A stretch of 64,000 bases of DNA from the human T2T-CHM13v2.0 reference genome, Homo sapiens: assembly GCF_009914755.1 (NCBI RefSeq), contig NC_060932.1. One strand, 5' to 3'. Position numbers and translations under genes: made by a program. The notes beneath the pieces were generated by a model that had not been told where the DNA came from, searched no databases, and was given only the letters and a program-made list of their open reading frames with translations. Below, piece after piece: positions 57,588 to 64,000 of the stretch (position 1 is its first letter; every line of letters begins with the position of its first letter).

Positions 57588-58501
57588 TGTGGACCGAAAA
57601 TAAAATTCTAAGCCTCCGCAACCGATGGAATGGACTCTCCTCTCAGCCAAGGGGACCCCAATAAACCTGAAAAACTAGTTCAGGCCATGATGGGACCAGG
57701 AGGCTTGGCGGTCAGACATGCTTCATTATATCCTCTCCCTTTTGGAGTTTAGACACAACTGACCAGCATTAATTTTAAAACAGAGATCCTACAACTGATG
57801 GAACAGACTCTTTGTAGCAACAAGATCCCAAATTCCAACCTGACTCTAGTATAACATCATATGACAGATAACAAGGCCGAAGAAACAAAGTATTTATTCC
57901 AAAGTGAAAGAAACCAAAGTATTTATTCCAAAATATATTTATTTGACATAATTTGAAATGGCCCTGCAAAGCTGTCTCTTGTGGGGAAAATTTACATTAT
58001 AAAGCAAATTCCCTTACTTTCCAGGTCTTTTTCTGATTCTGAAGAGATTGACTGAGAGTTTAGCACATTTTAAAGTTCTGAAAAGGAAATATTTGCCACC
58101 TATTGCCTCTAGGGATGCCACTTATGAGAATTCATCTACATAATAGGAACCTTGGTCTCCACAACCTCTTACCTTAACGCAGACACTTCTTTCAATTGGC
58201 TCAAGGTCTTTAGACAATAACTTAACTCTTTCAACCAGTTGCAATCAGAAAATCTTTGAATCCACCTATGGCCTGTAAGTTCCCCAATCCTTTCAGTTGT
58301 CTTGTCTTTCCTGACAGAACAAGTGTATTGATTGATGTCTTATGTCTCCTGAGGACATATAAAACCAAGCTGTAGCCTAACTGCCTTGGGGACATGTTCT
58401 CAGGACTTCCTGAGGCTGTGTCACTGGTCATGATTCATAGTCATGGCAAAATAAACTTTTAAATTGTTTGAGACCTATTTCAGATACTTTTTTGGTTTAC
58501 A
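57588..58501 (+). mobile_element. MER4D-like ERV1 solo LTR
   Basis: TGTGGACCGAAAATAAAATTCTAAGCC...AATAAA...TTTTGGTTTACA; 4-bp TSD GATA. Confidence 0.9.
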
Positions 58502-58581
58502 GATATATCAGTTTGGGTAAATTTACTGAGTATTTGTTATGCAGTCAAAGACACTGTGGAGGTCAGACAAGAAGAGTAAAG

Positions 58582-58884
58582 GGCTGGGTGCAGTGGCTCA
58601 CACCTGTAATCTCAGCATTTTGGGAGGCCAAGGTAGGAGAATCACTTGAGGCCAGGAGTTCAAGACTAGCCTGGTTAACAAAGTAAGACAAGCCCCCCTC
58701 ATCTCTACAAAAAAAATAAAAACAAATAGACAGGCATGGTGGTGCATGCCTGTAGTCCCTAGCTACTTGGGAGGCTGAGGTGGGAGGATTGCTTGAGCCC
58801 AGGAGTGTGAGGCTGCAGTGAACTATGATTGTACCACTGCACTCCAGCTTAGGCAACAGAGCAAGACCTTGTCTCTTAAAAAAA
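58582..58884 (+). mobile_element. AluJ-like
   Basis: Sense dimer. Confidence 0.92.
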
Positions 58885-59267
58885 GGAACAAATTCTAACC
58901 CCAGGGAATTTTTTTCTGGCTTTTGACCTTTCCCAGGGGAATATCACTGTCTTCTGGACTTTTCCTTCATCGTTCACTCAGTCATTCATTTTTTGGCAAA
59001 CATTTATTGAGCAACTTCTATGTTCCAGGCACATTAATGGGTGTTGAGGTTATAAGAGTAGATTAAAACCAAACAACAAACCTTATCCTTAGGGATTTTT
59101 ACATGTTCGAATACCTACCTTCAGGCTGGCATTCTCATAGTCCTGTAAAACTTTACTTATCACTGGGGCTGAGGAATCCCGTGCCAAGCCATTGCATGGC
59201 TATGGCTTAAGATATTCTCCTTTTATGGGATAATTAGTGCTTATTCAAGAGGGAACTGCAAAAGAGA

Positions 59268-59649
59268 TGATATGGTTTGGTTTTGTGTCCCCACCCAAAT
59301 CTCATCTTGAATTGTAATTCCCACCTCTTGACCGAGGGACCTGTAATCCCCACATGTGGAGGGAAGGAGGTGATTGGATCATGGGGGCAGTTTCCCCCAT
59401 GCTGTTCTCATGATAGTGAATGAGTTCTCATGAGATACGATGGTTTTACAAGTGTTTGGAAGTTCCTCCTTCGTTCTTCTCCCTCCTGCCACCTTGTGAA
59501 GAAGGTGCCTGTTTCTCCTTCTGCCATGATTGTAAGTTTCCTGAGGCCTCCCAGCCATGCAGAACTGTGAGTCAATTAAACTGCTTTCCTTTAAAAATTA
59601 CTCCGTCTCAGGGAAGATCCTTATAGCAGGGTGAAAATGGACTAATACA
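59268..59649 (+). mobile_element. THE1D-like MaLR solo LTR
   Basis: TGATATGGTTTGG...GGACTAATACA; near-TSD AGAGA/GGAGA. Confidence 0.93.
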
Positions 59650-62225
59650 GGAGAGAAATCTCAAAGACTGAAAGGAATGTATTAATAATGATGGAATTTC
59701 AGATATTGTGCTGTGTTTTGAGGGTGGGAGGTTTGGGAGCACAGTAGGAAAATTCCTTGCATTCCCCAAAGAATACCACCCAAGCCACTTCCTACTCTGC
59801 CTGTGTGCCTGCCTGGCTTTGCCATTTGTGTCTCATCCCCAAGGTTAGCTGGGGTTACGCTGAGAGTTGTGGGAGCTATGAACCTACCCCTGGAGTTCAA
59901 AACAGAGCTCCATGGAGTTTCTCCTTCCCATATAAAGAAGAAAAAGAATTCCAATTTTAGTTGCTCTTTGCTTCTGTCTTCAAGGAGTTTATAATCTTCT
60001 AAGAGGAGAGAAATTACACATATATGCAATTACAAGAAAGGCACAGAGAAGGATTAGAGAAGTGCTAAGTGTGGAGAGGCTGTTTACAGCTGGAAGAATT
60101 GAGGGAGATTTCAGGAGAAGTGCTATTTGATTTGTTACATCATTATTTGGGAAAGTCAGGCCTTGCTTCAGTGAGAAGCTTGGTGATAGAAGAAAATGTT
60201 TGAACTGCAATTGGGAAAGTGAAGCTTAATCAATGTTCCAGCACTAAAAGGCTCAAGGGAAGTGTTCTCATTTGGCCCCTGGAGATGATCCTGGAAATTG
60301 CTAGTCTAATATACCAGCATTCATTCACAGCCACCCCACTGCCCTATGTCCACATGCTAGTGGGTCTGGTCACTGTGCTGAAGGTCACTTTTCTGGAGGG
60401 CCTCTTCTGCCATCTGCCTTAGACCGAGCAGTCCTATTAAAGCCTGGAGTTTCTATAAAATTTGCATATGGTGGCCTGGTCAGCTCAATAGCAAGTTTCT
60501 CCCAACTCACTTTTCCTTTTTCCCTAGATATTTACCACATGGCTATATTTCATGACTGACGGACAAAGTGGGAATTAGCTTTTGCTTGGGAAAAGCTAAT
60601 GCTTCAGTTTTGTCTTCTAAATTTTGAAGCTGTGTTGGGTTGTGGGAGAGTGCAGTCATATTACCGTGCATCTTGTATGTACACTTTTTGAAAACTGGGA
60701 AAAGTGAAAGGTAGCCCAGGCTCCCATGATGAAGAAAGAACCCTGATGAGATCTATGGTTCTCTCAGAGACCTCACTGGTTGAGACAGGTCACAGGGAGA
60801 AACTGGAGTGCAGTTTTAAACTACTGCAATGTGGAATTTCCACAGTCATGGCACTTAATTGGTCCTTGGCATCTGGGTTTGGTGCTCTTCTTCCTCCTGT
60901 CTCAAGAGGGCAGTCTGGCCACAGCTCTTTCCATGGAAGGGGTAGGGTAGGAGTGTGAAGACAGGTCCTGATGATCACACGATGCCCTTCTTTCTCTTAA
61001 TTTAGGTTTGGGAGCAGAGAGAACAAAAGATCCCACATGGGTCTTCAATTCTAAGCCACATGTTCCTGATTTGGAGTCTACAGGGCTTGCAAAACTGACA
61101 GTCATGCCATTGGTGTGTACATGCTCTCTTGAAGACCTCATGGAGAGCACAAATGATTTGCTGGGTAAGATTAGGCATTCCTGGGTCCTCAGTCACCAGA
61201 TGTCAACATCTATTTGTTTCCAATGAACTGTTGATTTAATCTCTCTCTCTGCAGCTCAGCCTCCTTAGCAGAGGCCTTTTATAATCTGTTCCCAACTGAC
61301 CAGGCCATTTTCATCTTCTCTGCCATTGCTGCTGGCCATACAGAACCTCTGAGCATCCTGGACCTTTCCCTAGACTCTTTCAGGATGTCCTGCCCCTTTA
61401 CATGCTATTTCTTCTTCCTGGAATTTCATCATTGTTATTTGATTGGGAAAAACCCCTCATTCAAGATACAACTCCAATATGTTGACCTTGGGAAAACTTC
61501 TCTAATGGACCCAACTCTACAGGGCTTGATCTTCCCCTGGAGGTCAGGGACCCTGTCATAGTCATCTATGTCCCTAGGTCTTAGCATCATGCCAGAGGCA
61601 CAGTAGATGCCCAATTAATATCTGTTGACTGACTGGTGTGTCTGTCTGTGCAGGTGTACATGTGGCGTTCTTGGGGTGAAGGACAATACAGTGAAGGAGC
61701 CTGAAGTAAGAAGGAACATGCTAGGTCCCTTTTTTTGTCAATGGACTGCATCCTTGATACTTCTTGTTATACTTCAGAATAAAAATTAGCGGGGCAGAAG
61801 CTGTCATCTGTGTGTGCACCTCAGGAAAGACCCACTGCTCCTTGATCGAGCCAAGCGGCCCTGGTGCAGCCCGTCTGTGAATCATTTCTGATGAGTTCTA
61901 AATGGCTGCCTTTTAGAACCATCCCAGCCTCCTTGCAGATTTAGCTTGCATTGCTGTCTCCTGGCTGTGGGGCCGGCATCCTCATTTCCAGGGCTGGAGC
62001 AGCCTGAAGCTTCCGGCTGTAAGACAGCGAGTGTCCACCAGAGGCTGCTGCTGCCATTCTCTGTCACTCCATCAATTCCCTTTCATTCTGGAGCCCTGAC
62101 TCCATCATCCATTGCCCCTTTCTGTTGCCTCCAGCTTCCAAATGACAGATGGTCGTTTACTGACCTGCTGGTGACTTGGAGGTGGGGATGGGGTCCCTGA
62201 AACTCGCAGATTTGTGTGAGAGACT

Positions 62226-62306
62226 TATATCATATATACACACACACACACACATATATATATTTTCCCTCATAGTTGAGGTGCTACTAGAACCTAGGCT
62301 TTTCCC

Positions 62307-62338
<32 letters not shown>

Positions 62339-62386
62339 TTATTATATATATTATATATACTCTTTATATATATACTTTACATATAT

Positions 62387-62450
<64 letters not shown>

Positions 62451-62460
62451 GGGAGAGAAC
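62226..62460. repeat. Compound microsatellite (CA)n/(TA)n/(GA)n/(GACA)n
   Basis: Read directly from the sequence. Confidence 0.95.
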
Positions 62461-64000
62461 CTGGGAAAAGGCCAGGTTCTAGCAGCATCTCGAATATGGG
62501 CAGGAAAAAGGACCTCTGCTTCCATCCTCTACGGAGCACCTCTCTCACTCCCTGCAAGGGCTGCCAGGTTGGGGTTAGGTCATGGCTGGTCCTTAAGTCC
62601 CTGATTGCCAGGGAGGATACGATGCTCCCCTAGATGTGACCCCCTCACTGCAGCTGCAAATGCCTTGGGAAGGACCAGGAATTCTGCTTTGATTTGGAAT
62701 CTGTTTGAAAGAGACAGAAATTACACAGATTGCTCCAGGGCACCCACCTGTAACTGATGAATCTTAGGTGTCCTCTCCAAGCCTTAGTAAGGGCTGCTTG
62801 GTTGGCTCAGAGCTACTTGCTTCTTCCCACATCCCGCCTCCCAACCCGTTCTCCAGCCCTGTCCCCTCTGGCCAGCTGTGAGAGCCTCTGGCACAATGAT
62901 ATTTCTTCCTAGTCAGAGCCCAGGCTTGTGGCATTGTAGGTTTGCTTCAGGGAGGGTAGTTCGATGAACCTAGTGTCTGGATTACTGTAATTCTATCTGA
63001 TCTGTTGTCTCTCTGTGTTGCGGCTCCCACCTCCAGCCCCAGACCATTCCAAATTCAGGACGTAAATCACCCACGGTGTGCTGCTTCCCTAGACAAGGGC
63101 CTGTGATGGATGTCTATTGCTTTGTGAATCCAAACTGCTGCCTGGCTTTCGAGGCACTTCATATTCTTCTCCGGTTTTCATAATCATCCAAGTGCATCTC
63201 TATGCTCTGCTTTGCCAGTGCCGTTGTCTCAACCCTTCTCCTGAAGCTCCCATCCCTGAAAAAAAAAAACCACCTAGAGCCAAAAAGATGAAAGCAAACA
63301 AGAAAGCAAGCAAATAAACAAAAAACCACACACAAAGCCATACCAGGCTCATTTTTATGTTCTGGTTTAGAATGCCCCTTCCTGTCTGCTTCTGTAACCC
63401 AGTGCTACTTAACTTCTGAGTCAGAATTCAAATCCTGCCTCCAGGCAATTTGAATCCACACTGACATCTTTCTTCATGACCCAGAGCACTTTTGTCTGCA
63501 CCAGACACATTGGAATGTAATTATGTTTGAGATGCTGATGTTGAATTGTTTTATACTCATTTATCCAATTGTTCAGTAATCATTCATTGAGTGCTTATTA
63601 TTATGTTTCAGGGTTGGGCTTATTCACCAATCTAGGAGTCATCCCTGATGACTTTCTGTCTCTCCAGGATCAATCTGTCAATCGGGCTGAGAGATGCTTC
63701 CAAGATATGTGCTGTGCCTGGCCTTTTCTCCACTTCTTCTGCCTTGCCCAGCATCTCCAGTCCAGATTTTGAAATCACCTCACTTCCACTATTGCCCCAA
63801 TGTAATGCATTCTCCATAGACAGGGATTCTTGAAGGGAGGAAATCAGATCATGTTGGTTAATCACCTTGGTTAAAATTCTCCAGTGGTGTTTGTCCTATT
63901 GCAATTGGAATCAAATAGAAATAGAACTAGAAAATAAAATAGAACCATCCTTACCCATGGCTTATGAGGGTGCATGTCACTTAGCCTCTGCCCACCTTTC

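Overview
Primate (human-like) nuclear DNA, very rich in repeats, with no protein-coding gene, RNA gene, CRISPR array or CpG island that I can support. It holds about 40 Alu/FLAM/FRAM copies, several L1 fragments (L1M 5'/ORF1, L1MB, L1MA, L1PA 3' ends), L2/MIR relics, solo LTRs (THE1/MST, MLT1, MLT2, MER41A, MER4D, an LTR27/28/MER52-group LTR) and DNA transposon relics (MER5A, Tigger3b, MADE2, MER44). The ORF track is explained by Alu, L1, LTR and low-complexity sequence or by chance. I found no new multi-gene system. The structure that repeat families do not explain is: three short dispersed direct duplications 1.1-2.1 kb apart, several tandem duplications and minisatellites, a ~37-45 bp inverted repeat enclosing a compound microsatellite, a ~400 bp nearly pure purine tract, candidate CTCF and AP-1/MARE sites, and a few splice/poly(A) signal sets that could belong to lncRNAs. 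Repeat subfamily names come from recalled consensus sequences, not a database search, and boundaries are approximate unless a target-site duplication (TSD) is given.
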